From the NCBI GenBank assembly GCA_964016885.1, contig OZ024741.1:414842001-414906000 (forward strand): 64,000 nt of DNA, written 5' to 3'. Source of the stretch: Eledone cirrhosa (lineage: Eukaryota). Shown piece by piece: positions 1 to 9,001 of the stretch (positions are counted from its first letter, which is position 1; the number at the start of each line of letters is the position of its first letter). The notes below the pieces were generated by a model that saw nothing but the letters and a program-made list of their open reading frames with translations, did not search any database and had not been told where the DNA came from. Position numbers and translations under genes: made by a program.

Positions 1-65
1 GGTGGACCATAACCCACCAGAGTACTCGATACTTGGAGTAGTAGAGATGGTAATATGAAAAGTTT

Positions 66-122
66 CAGGACACCGACGGCCGCGCTCCGGCCGTTTCGAC
101 AGCTAGATCCGGATCTAGCTGT
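66..122 (-). ncRNA. Partial (3' half) hammerhead-like motif
   Basis: Minus strand reads ACAGCTAGATCC/GGATCTAGCTGT (perfect 24-bp palindrome, 99-122, stem II-like), then C-GAAAC-GGCCG-GAGCG-CGGCC-GTC (GAAA, stem III, GUC triplet). The upstream CUGANGA box is absent and replaced by TA-rich sequence. Confidence 0.4.
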
Positions 123-224
123 TTGGATATATATGTTTAAATATAAGTATGTATACGTACATACATATATATATACAGACGTACAGTAGTATGTATATAT
201 ATATATACATGCACACATATATGT

Positions 225-561
225 ACGTATGGGTTTACCGAACATTTATTATAATGTTTGGTTTGTTTGTAAACAAACATCCCGAATTAAGCCGTACAGT
301 GTTCGGCAACCATCGTTGCCCTTTTGTTCAACACTGACACAGGAACGATGAACTAGTTTCAAGCTTATTAGCTTTCGTCAGCACCGTATACCTTCCTGCC
401 AGATGATTGAACGTCTGAAAGTATATACTTTCCTTATGCATATTAACGGCTGAGCAGCCTAATTTGCATATCGAGTGGATTAGTCGGCCGGGTGCACCGA
501 AAATGATAAATGGAAAAGAATGAAACGAAATTTCATTTCTCACTCTTAGTACGGCTGATAC
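225..561 (-). mobile_element. Short non-coding hammerhead-bearing element (family C), Penelope/retrozyme-like
   Basis: Hairpin-rich island of about 340 bp between TA-rich tracts. It contains a complete hammerhead at 345-387 (minus) and a minus-strand AATAAA in a hairpin near 246-251, just before the microsatellite. Boundaries are approximate. Confidence 0.55.
345..387 (-). ncRNA. Minimal type I hammerhead ribozyme (family C)
   Basis: Minus strand: ACGGTG-CTGACGA-AAGC(TAATAA)GCTT-GAAA-CTAG-TT-CATCGT. Stem I is ACGGTG/CATCGT, stem II is 4 bp, loop III is palindromic (ACTAGT), and the triplet is GUU. Confidence 0.8.
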
Positions 562-616
562 TTAAATATAAGTATGTATACGTACATACATATATGTATA
601 CAGACATACAGTAGTA

Positions 617-653
<37 letters not shown>

Positions 654-704
654 GTAGGAGGTGAGATTTATTGTAGCACAATAAAGCAATGCAAATATCG
701 GATA

Positions 705-794
<90 letters not shown>
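617..794. repeat. (TA)n microsatellites interrupted by a ~45-bp unique island (656-701)
   Basis: Direct reading of the TA runs at 617-655 and 702-794. Confidence 0.95.
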
Positions 795-797
<3 letters not shown>

Positions 798-923
798 GGA
801 AAGTTATATTTAAATTGTTGGGTTAACAACGAGTAAATATTTACAACTGATATAAAAGCACTCAACAAGTATTTGGAGTATATTTATGATATTAAATAAA
901 TGGAAACTATATTTATAAAACCA

Positions 924-998
924 TATTTATTTCATTATATATATTTCAGGGATATCATATTAACAATATGTTATGCCTTCATCAGACAAAATACAATA
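924..998 (-). ncRNA. Minimal type I hammerhead ribozyme (family A, left arm)
   Basis: Reverse complement of the motif at 1100-1174. TCATCAG at 979-985. Confidence 0.8.
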
Positions 999-1099
999 TA
1001 AACAGTCTTATAAATAAATAGATATGACATACCTTTCAATCGACTTGCATTTGGGAAGTTGATTTGGCAGTCATATCTATTTATTTATAAGACTGTTTA

Positions 1100-1174
1100 T
1101 ATTGTATTTTGTCTGATGAAGGCATAACATATTGTTAATATGATATCCCTGAAATATATATAATGAAATAAATA
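1100..1174 (+). ncRNA. Minimal type I hammerhead ribozyme (family A, right arm)
   Basis: ATTTTGT-CTGATGA(1113-1119)-AGGCATAACATATT GTT AATATGATATCCCT-GAAA(1151-1154)-TATATA-TA-ATGAAAT. Stem I pairs with G-U wobbles, loop III is palindromic, and the triplet is AUA. Confidence 0.82.
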
Positions 1175-1210
1175 TGGTTTTATAAATATAGTTTCCATTT
1201 ATTTAATATC

Positions 1211-1249
<39 letters not shown>

Positions 1250-1358
1250 TAGATAGATAAATACAGACAGACAGACAGACACAGACAGATAGACAGACAG
1301 ACAGACAGACAGACACACACATACACACATACATACATAGATACATATATATATATAT
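1211..1358. repeat. Compound microsatellite (TA)/(GA)/(GATA)/(GACA)/(CA)
   Basis: Direct reading. Confidence 0.95.
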
Positions 1359-1831
1359 GTTAAGTATTTCCGAAGAAAAAGCAAAGGAAAAAGAGTGCTC
1401 TATGTATAAAACAGAGCTATTTAATTAATTAATAATTAATGTGTTGTTCACTAATTATATATATGTATCATCATCATCATCTTCGTTTAACGTCCATTTT
1501 CCACGCTAGCATGGGTTAGACGGGAGTTGTCCCACTTGAGGCAAGGTTGGTGGGGTGACTATCTGGCATGTTTTCTACGGCTGGATGCCGTTCCTAACAC
1601 CAACCACATTTACAGTGTGGACTGGGAAGTTTTTACTGTGTTACCTACAAGGCTACATTACAGCATGGACTGTGTGTTTTTTTGTGACACATACACGATC
1701 TCGATCTCATTATCTCATTTATTTGGACTGGATGTTGTGGTACCAACTTTACAGAGAGAGGGTGGTGTTGGTGGGAGTGGGAGGATAGGGTAGGGGTAGT
1801 GGATTGGGGTGTATATTTGGTTAAGAGGTGC

Positions 1832-4450
1832 CTACTGACTGTAGGTTTCGCTTTGTACATAGGGAAGGCGGTTCTTCTGTATTACTGCGTAGCGCCTAAT
1901 ATCTCGGTCCAGTGACATTGTCTTAGAGAGGTGCAAGTGTGTAAGGTCGGAATTTATCAGATCGTCCCAGTTTTTTCTACCTACTCCGTAACTTCCATCA
2001 ATTTTGATCGCCCTGCACTTTTTTATACAGCTGTCGTCTTTCATGCGCATCACGTGACCATTCCAACGTAGTCTTCTCTCCAGTAAACAGCATCTGATCC
2101 CTCTTATTCCTAATTTCTCACTTAATTCAGTTATGCTTTGCTGTTCACGTATATTACTATTACACATCCAACGGAGCATCCATGCTTCGTTCCTTTCCAG
2201 TCTGCGCAGGTCCTCTGCACGCAATGCCCATGTCTCACTGCCATGTAGCATTGCTGTTCGTATGCAGGCATCATACAATCTGCCTTTCATTTTTAGAGAG
2301 AAACCTTTTGTGGCCAACAGCGGTATAATCTCTCTGAAATTTTTCAATCCCGTTCTGACTCTGGCTACTGTACTTTCAAAACACCCTCCCCCACTGCTGA
2401 TTTCGTCACCCAGGTAACGGAAAGAGTCCACTATTTCTATAGAACCATCTGGGCAATAGAAGGAGCTAGTATCCAGTGGGTACTTATTGTACCTGAGCAT
2501 CGGCCACATATAAAGTCTACGTTCTTATTTAGTTTACCTGTGATCCCACTACATCTTTTATGTACCCATACTTTGCATTTGGGACATAAAATTGAATTTC
2601 TGCCTACTCCTTTCCTACACACTGAGCAAGGCCATTTCCCTGAGGGTACCTGTGTCTTATTTTCCTTTCTACAAACTAGGACTTTAGTCTTAGACAAGTT
2701 AACTTTAAGGCCATTTGTTTCTAGGCCATGCTTCCATGTTTGGAATTTCTTCTCTAGTTCAGTCATAGATTCAGCTATGAGAGTTAGATCATCTGCGTAT
2801 AGGAGCTCCTATGGGCAACCGGTCTTGAACTCCTTTATTATAGCCTGAAGGGCAATAATAAATAGGAGGGGGCTAAGGACAGAGCCTTATTGAACACCAA
2901 CTTTTACACTAAATTCTTCACAATATTCATTGTTAATTCTAACCTTACTGACTGTTTCTTTATACATAGCTTGTATAGCTCTCACAAGCCGTTCATCTAC
3001 ACCTAGTTTTCTAAGGGCCCACCAGATAATGGAGCGGGGGATTCTGTCAAAGGCTTTCTCCAGGTCTACAAAAGCTAAGTAGAGGGGTTTACTTTTAGCT
3101 AGGTACTTCTCCTGTAGTTGTCGTACAAGGAAAAGAGCGTCTGTGGTACTTTTACCTGACACAAACCCAAACTGCATTTCATCTAGATCAATTCGCTCTC
3201 TGATCAGTTGCGTTATAACTCTTTCTGTGACCTTCATGACCTGGTCAACTAACTTAATGCCTCTATAGTGGCCCCTGTCTATAGCATCCCCTTTACCCTT
3301 GTAGCAGTTAATGATGATGCTGCTACGCCAGTCTTTTGGTATGACCCCATTCTGTATTACTTGATTAACTATACGGGTGACCATAGTATGTCCCACCATT
3401 CCAGATGCCTTCAACATCTCAGCAACTATCTCCGAAGGCCCAGCTGCCTTGCCTGTCTTCATATCTTTGATTGCCTTACTTATTATACTACCTTTAACTT
3501 GCACCGCTGGTCCCTCTATTGGATCGATTTGGGGCAGACTATCTTTTTCCATTTATTCTCCTCATTTAATAGTCTCTCGTAGTGACACTTCCAGGCTATC
3601 TTCTTATCAGCATCAGTGAGGGCAAGTACACTGTTATCGTTACGGACACACTTCTCCCCGACAATATCACTGTTTTCCTTGACACATTGTCTAGCAATCC
3701 TGAACACCTCACGTTTTTGGTCCTCACGTTGTAGAACATGCTTGAAGTTTCTATCCTCTGCTTCCCTTTTTGCAAAGTACACTTGTCTCCTAGCTTCTCT
3801 CCTGGCCACTTGATAGTGCTCTCTACTTCCCACATCCCGCCATACTTTCCAAGCCTGCTTTTTGGCCTTGATTGTCTCCTCCACCTTACTGTTCCACCAC
3901 CAAGTTACTCTCCTCCTGCCAATAAGTCTGCTCCAGCCACAGATTTCATCCGTTGCTTTCAGCAGGTTCACTTTCAAGAAATCCCACTGTTCCTGTATAT
4001 TGTATGTCTCTACTTGCTATTCCTTACTGTCAAAAGCATCAAGTAATAAGCTTTTAAATTTGTCACTGGCTATGGGGTCCTTCAACTTCCATATTCTTCT
4101 CCTCATGGTAGGCCTCCTCTGCCGTCGAGTACGTCTATTCCTGACGATGAGGTCACTAACTACTAGGCTATGTTGGGAGGTGCATTCTTCACGGGGGGGG
4201 GGGGGGGGGGGGTTAGTGTTTACAACAGACACTTTGTCACGTCTTCTAGTAAGGATATAATCTATCTGGCTGGCGTGTTCCTCTGATCTATAGGTGATCA
4301 AGTGGTTTTCTCGTTTTTTTAAAGTTTGTGTTACAGATAGTTAGGTTATTAGTATCACAGAATTCCAAAATTCTGAAGCCCCCCTCATTTCTATTTCCAG
4401 CCCCATAGCCTCCGTGGATTCCATCATAGCCATCACTAAGTTGTCCAACG
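1832..4450 (-). pseudogene. Disrupted LINE ORF2 (APE endonuclease - reverse transcriptase - PHD-like finger)
   Basis: Split into fragments 4288-4450, 4017-4301, 3516-3977, 2887-3552, 2437-2766 and 1832-2509 by frameshifts and in-frame stops (e.g. 2887-2889 in GVQ*GS). Confidence 0.9.
4193..4212 (+). repeat. G20 homopolymer within the LINE endonuclease region
   Basis: 20 consecutive G, which gives the poly-Pro/poly-Gly run in the ORF track. Confidence 0.95.
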
Positions 4451-4577
4451 TATATATATGTATATATATACAAAGTGTGTAACCGAGACTGCACCAACGT
4501 ATATAAATATATACATATATCTAATATGTAAACACGCCATGAAATACAAATTTCCCTGAAAATTGAAAAAAAAGGAA

Positions 4578-4628
4578 ACATCGTTAATCGATTTTCGGAT
4601 CTAATTGGACCCTCATCAGAAAACGTGT
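4578..4628 (-). ncRNA. Minimal type I hammerhead ribozyme (family B, left arm)
   Basis: Minus strand: ACGTTTT-CTGATGA-GGGTC(CAATTA)GATCC-GAAA-ATCGAT-TA-ACGATGT. TCATCAG at 4613-4619. Stem I has one mismatch. Confidence 0.78.
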
Positions 4629-4796
4629 ATATCACCAAATCAACCACAAAGTAACTTGTAATTAACATAATTAACAATATAAGCGTTAATTATATGCAAA
4701 TTAGCATCGCCATTTCAGAATGATACTAAGATGGGTGGGTATATACGAGTATACCCATCAAATACATGTTACCTTGTGGTTCATGGGATGATTTAC

Positions 4797-4845
4797 ACGT
4801 CTTCTGATGAGGGTCCAATTAGATCCGAAAATCGATTATAGATGT
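4797..4845 (+). ncRNA. Minimal type I hammerhead ribozyme (family B, right arm)
   Basis: ACGTCTT-CTGATGA(4804-4810)-GGGTC(CAATTA)GATCC-GAAA(4827-4830)-ATCGAT-TA-TAGATGT. Palindromic loop III and UUA triplet. Confidence 0.8.
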
Positions 4846-5278
4846 TTATAATTATTATTTTTTTTAATTTTCAGGGAAATTCGTATTTTCTGACATGTAT
4901 ACATGACTACATATTACATATGTGTATATATATATATACTTATCTTATATGTGTATATATATATGCACATATTAGATATGTGTATATATACACATTGGTG
5001 CCGTCTCGGTTACTCACTCTGTATTCATACAGATATAACTTTATCACACACATGCCAATGTATGTGTGTGGGTATGGGCATAAATATGTGTGCGCGCGCG
5101 CGCGCGTGAGTGTGTGTGTGTGTATGTCTGCGTGCGTGTGGAATTCTATAAGAATCCAGCCTCTATAATTCTCGTCAAAGGCAACTCAGTGTGTGGTCTT
5201 GATAAACGTTCGCGAGAAACAGACTGTCGGCCACTCTCTCTTGTTTTGCCGAGAATAAGTAAGTGACATAGTTACTAC

Positions 5279-5348
5279 TTCTTAATATATAGAGAAAAAC
5301 ATTTTTTTGGAATTGTATTTACTAGTATAGTAAAGTTAGGGGACAACC
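5279..5348. repeat. Left arm of an inverted repeat whose partner is 6038-6074 + 6954-6987
   Basis: Reverse complement CTATACTAGTAAATACAATTCCAAAAAAATGTTTTTCTCTATATATTAAGAA matches the two flanks of the Helitron when they are joined. Confidence 0.85.
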
Positions 5349-5505
5349 GGATTCCATCATAGCCATCACTAAGTTGTCCAACGTATATATATGTATATAT
5401 ATATATACAAAGTGTGTAACCGAGACTGCACCAACATATATAAATATATACACATATCTAATATGCCATAAAATACAAATTTCCCTGAAAATTGAAAAAA
5501 AAAGG
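5349..5505 (+). repeat. Direct duplication of about 4416-4575 (LINE 5' junction plus family B terminus)
   Basis: GGATTCCATCATAGCCATCACTAAGTTGTCCAACGTATATATATG...TTTCCCTGAAAATTGAAAAAAAAGG recurs with a few substitutions and indels. Confidence 0.92.
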
Positions 5506-6074
5506 TCAATTTATTGTAACCATAGACTCAAAGAAAAGTTTTCGCACTACAAGTGCAAATCGAACCCTTAACCTCTTACTACCAACTGACAAACTGCATA
5601 TACTTAGACTTTATACCCTTTTATTGTATCTAAACCCTTTAATTACCCACAAAAACCAATACCTATATCCCTCCCTTCTCCTTCATTTCTCTTCTATTTC
5701 TTTTCGTTTTCTTCCTTTCTTCACTCCCCTTTTTGGCTATCTTTTCTTTTCTTCTTTCTCCCCGCTTCTTTACTTTTATTTTTATCATTATCATTTTTAT
5801 CTTTATTTTTTATATATATATTTATCTCTTTATATCCCCCCTCTCTCTCCCTCCCTCCCTCCCACTATGATCAATTTAATTCTCTTTAACTCACTACAAT
5901 CGACATGAAGTCTACGTATCAAAACTGATCAAGGAATCCTTCCACATCTACCCCTTCCTCCCTCCATCTCAGTTTGTCACTCTACTTCCTAACTCTTCTC
6001 CTCCTTCCCTCTCTCTCTCTACTCATTCAACTTCTAAGGTTCCTCTCCTAATCTCTCTATACTAGTAAATACAA

Positions 6075-6953
6075 TCTATATATAAACTGTGAATGTCTGA
6101 TCTGTCTATCGATTTTGGCACACATCCCTTGGAATCTCTACGATCTGCTACGATAATTGCTATCTCGGGAATTGCACCGAAATTGCTATACTTGACATCG
6201 GAAAAAAAAAATTTCAAATTGACCCACCCTATCTGACGAAATCGAATATAATGTATCGATTTTTGAGCGTAAGTTATCAGTTATTTCCCTTTGTTCTGTT
6301 TACATTGAGCGTCTTACGTAAAAAATTACAATACACGAACAGTTGTCGAGCCAGCAAAATATTGACCTGCAAAATTCATCAGTTCGAACACTAAGCTTCC
6401 GTTTTGCTTCATTTCCATTTAAAAGCATTTTAAAACAATATTTTTACTTGAAAACAAGTCTATTTAAAGACTACGTAAAACAAGCAAATATTTCGTCGTT
6501 AGGCGTGCAGACAGACAGTCGTGCAGACAGACAGTCGTGCAGAGAGGTGATATACGCGTGCAGACAGACAGACAGTCGTGCAGAGAGGTGATATAGGCGT
6601 GCAGACAGACAGTCGTGCAGAGAGGTGATATAGGCGTGCAGACAGACATAACTGATAATTTGGTTACGCTAATGTTTTTCTCTGCGTTGCAGTGTTTACA
6701 TTTTCGATCTTTGTTAATAAATAACCAGTGCAGTTTCTATCCCCAGCATCCTCTTTTGTTATAACATTCGGGTTATCGTTATGTTTTCTTAACTTCATAA
6801 GGCATATTGTTGGTTGAGGGAATATTAATCAAAAACACCACATGCAAGTCTGCACAGTAGACACTACAGTTTTTAAGCCAAGAAAGAAACTTAACATTGT
6901 AACTTTAACACAGCTACTGAGGGACCCCGAGCAACGCCGGGCTTTACTGCTAG
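6075..6953 (+). mobile_element. Non-autonomous Helitron
   Basis: 5' A|TCTATATATAAACTGTGAATGTCTG. 3' hairpin CCCGAGCAACGCCGGG (6926-6941), then CTAG|T at 6950-6953. Inserted between A and T with no TSD. The empty site is present as the inverted copy at 5279-5330. Confidence 0.92.
6501..6648 (+). repeat. ~37-bp minisatellite inside the Helitron
   Basis: Unit AGGCGTGCAGACAGACAGTCGTGCAGAGAGGTGATAT, about 3.5 copies with internal CGTGCAGA subrepeats. Confidence 0.9.
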
Positions 6954-7291
6954 TTCCAAATAAATGTTTTTCTCTATATATTAAGAACTATTTCAAGAGT
7001 AACTTACTCACTATTTTGAAAATTTGGACTGTGAACAACAGTTATAATTGAGTGGCTGCTATTTGCAGTATAGCAATATAAGGTTGCACTTACCAATGAA
7101 ACGGTCGTAAATACCTGGATAAAATCCTTCTCTTAATGCTTACCTGTGTTTTCTCTTTTATACTATATACTCCAAGATTGAACGGAATTCTTACAAACTT
7201 GTGGAGTTACCCCTAACCGTACGTTGAAACCATCCACGAAACTGGCTTTCTTAACCACGAACTGGATCACAATAAGCAATTTTCTGCTTCC

Positions 7292-7441
<150 letters not shown>

Positions 7442-7766
7442 AGCGCTCCGCTTAAAATGGATATTAAAAAACACAGATCTTAATACCAAAATGTGCTGCC
7501 TTTTCTGATTCTGTGCCAGAATTATTGTCTGTGTACACATTATCACTTGCTTCATTTAAGTTCCATCCATGTCACCTGAGTACAATTTACAGATTGGCTA
7601 CATAAATAATATGACAACAGTTAAACAGAAATATATAGGATGAGCAACCAAAAAACTGTGAAATGCGGAAAACCAATATGTTATGTTTTTCTGTGTACGG
7701 AGAAAATAACGAATGTCAGTTTACGTAAGTTCATTTTCACAGCGGAGCATATCATTTCACAAACTG

Positions 7767-7882
7767 TATCCCGCCGAGGTTAACTTTGCCTTTCATCTTT
7801 AGGGGATCGATGAAATCAAGTACCAGTAATGCACTGGGTAATTGCTGGCCTTGTGCCAAAAGTAGAAACAATTATTATTAAT
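7767..7882 (+). mobile_element. SINE fragment (tRNA-derived family, 3' part)
   Basis: ATCCCGCCGAGGTTAACTTTGCCTTTCATC..GGGGATCGATGAAAT.AAGTACCAGT..CACTGGG..GGCCTTGTGCCAAAAGTAGAAAC(ATT)n. Homologous to 10085-10240 and 14807-14942. Confidence 0.75.
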
Positions 7883-7925
7883 CTTAAATATTCTAATGTA
7901 CTCTGCTTGCGGGTGTAATAATTGG

Positions 7926-8160
7926 ATATGTGTGTATGTTCGTGTGTGTGTGTGTATGAGTACGTATATGTGTTTGTTAGTTTTTGAGTATGTATGCGTG
8001 TGTGTATGTGTGAGTATGTGTCTGCGTGTATGTAGTAGTGTGTGTGTCTGTGTCTCCGTGTACGTATGTGTATGTATGTGTGTGTTTGTATGCGTGTGTA
8101 TGTTTGTATGCGTCTGTGTGTGTATGTGTATGTGTATGTGTGTTTGTATGCGTGTGTATA
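7926..8160. repeat. Degenerate (TG)/(TATG) microsatellite
   Basis: Direct reading. Confidence 0.9.
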
Positions 8161-9001
8161 TAACAGGGACTATCGCACTTAAAACAGAATTTTTTTTCAC
8201 GTAAACTTGAATGGGGTGAATAAATTCTATGACCTGTGTATATAATGTGGTATAACTTAGAAACTACTCAAAAACATAGTTTTCGGTAATATAAAATAAA
8301 TCTATCTGTGTATGTGGACCGTTAAATCGCTTAAACTTTTGAAAACAGATTTCCAACAGCGGGAAATCAAATCTATTGATTTCTTTCCGATATAATAATC
8401 GTGACAATTGGAGAGTAACCTATTGATTTTGTGAATTAATAAAATGAATTAAGTTTATATTTTATTGTTTCAGTCATATTTTCTTTAATAATTCAATCAA
8501 TAGATTTATAGTTTATAGTTTTATAGGAAACTTTCTCTAGTATCATTATACGTTCGTCACTATGGAAAAACCGTTATATACCAATATGTATAAGTCACAC
8601 ACATACATACACGCAGAGGTATAGACACACACACGTATAAATATACAGGTACACACACACTTACATACACACAACTTTGTCCGAGGTTCATTGTTCTACG
8701 ATCGTTTCCGGGGGTTGATTGATCATTGTAGATCGATATATCGACTAGCAGGTAGTGGTTATGTCCCTACCAGATTCTAAACTCGGAATCCCTGATCTGT
8801 CGTACCGTCTTTCTCAGAAACAATTACTGCCAGTGATGTTGACTTGCTTAAAAAGTATTCAGAGGGAGTCTCCAACATCCCTTTGTGGGTCTGTAACAAA
8901 TTAACACAAATTACTTAGTTTAAATTAATATTTTCTTTCGTTTTGATTCTATATTTTCATGTGAAATATTTCTGTAATTAAGTAATATATATATTCGTAG
9001 G

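Larger units (their letters stand above)
137..630 (+). repeat. ~70-bp direct repeat pair (about 137-205 and 562-630) bracketing a hammerhead-containing segment
   Basis: TTAAATATAAGTATGTATACGTACATACATATAT(A/G)TATACAGAC(G/A)TACAGTAGTATGTATATATA occurs twice with about 2 mismatches. Confidence 0.85.
797..1213. mobile_element. Foldback hammerhead element (family A, copy 1) inserted in (TA)n
   Basis: Perfect 144-bp inverted arms at 885-1028 and 1070-1213 with a 41-bp spacer. The 797-884 extension is homologous to the termini at 11501-11576, 11747-11802 and 12060-12140. Both ends abut (TA)n. Confidence 0.8.
1469..4450 (-). mobile_element. 5'-truncated RTE-clade non-LTR retrotransposon (LINE)
   Basis: Successive minus-strand ORF pieces encode the APE endonuclease C-terminus (GGYGAGNRNEGG..LEFC..NLTICNTNFKK; SQIDYIL..QHSLVV), RT (KGKGDA..YRGIKL, QFGF..GKSTTDA, AFVDLEKAFDRIPR, GVQ*GSVLSPLLF, ELLYADDL at about 2780-2808) and the RTE C-terminus (FRYLG, MLHGSETW, RRLRWNGHVMR). 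The 3' end is ..CCCATGCTAGCGTGGAAAATGGACGTTAAAC(GAT)n. Candidate TSD TATATATATGTAT at 1456-1468 and 4451-4463. Confidence 0.93.
4464..5030. mobile_element. Diverged foldback hammerhead element (family B)
   Basis: Inverted arms at about 4469-4637 and 4787-5025 share GTAACCGAGAC(T/G)GCACCAA, ATTTCCCTGAAAATT and the hammerhead block. Spacer about 150 bp. Flanked by TA-rich tracts. Confidence 0.75.

Noticed and set aside
400-432. CAGATGA...GAAAGTATATACTTTC as a plus-strand hammerhead
   Set aside because: The core is CAGAUGA rather than CUGANGA, and stems I and II do not form in register.
2133-4260. Plus-strand ORFs overlapping the LINE
   Set aside because: Antisense shadows of the RT coding frame.
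4288-4677. 129-aa ORF as an intact LINE N-terminus
   Set aside because: Chimeric: only the part below about 4450 is endonuclease-like. The rest reads through the family B non-coding arm.
5492-5908. 138-aa hydrophobic ORF
   Set aside because: Derived from pyrimidine-rich low-complexity sequence, with no recognisable domain.
6233-6270. CTGACGA followed by hairpin AATCGA..TCGATT inside the Helitron
   Set aside because: No GAAA after the stem (it reads TTTGAGC) and no stem I, so this is not a hammerhead.
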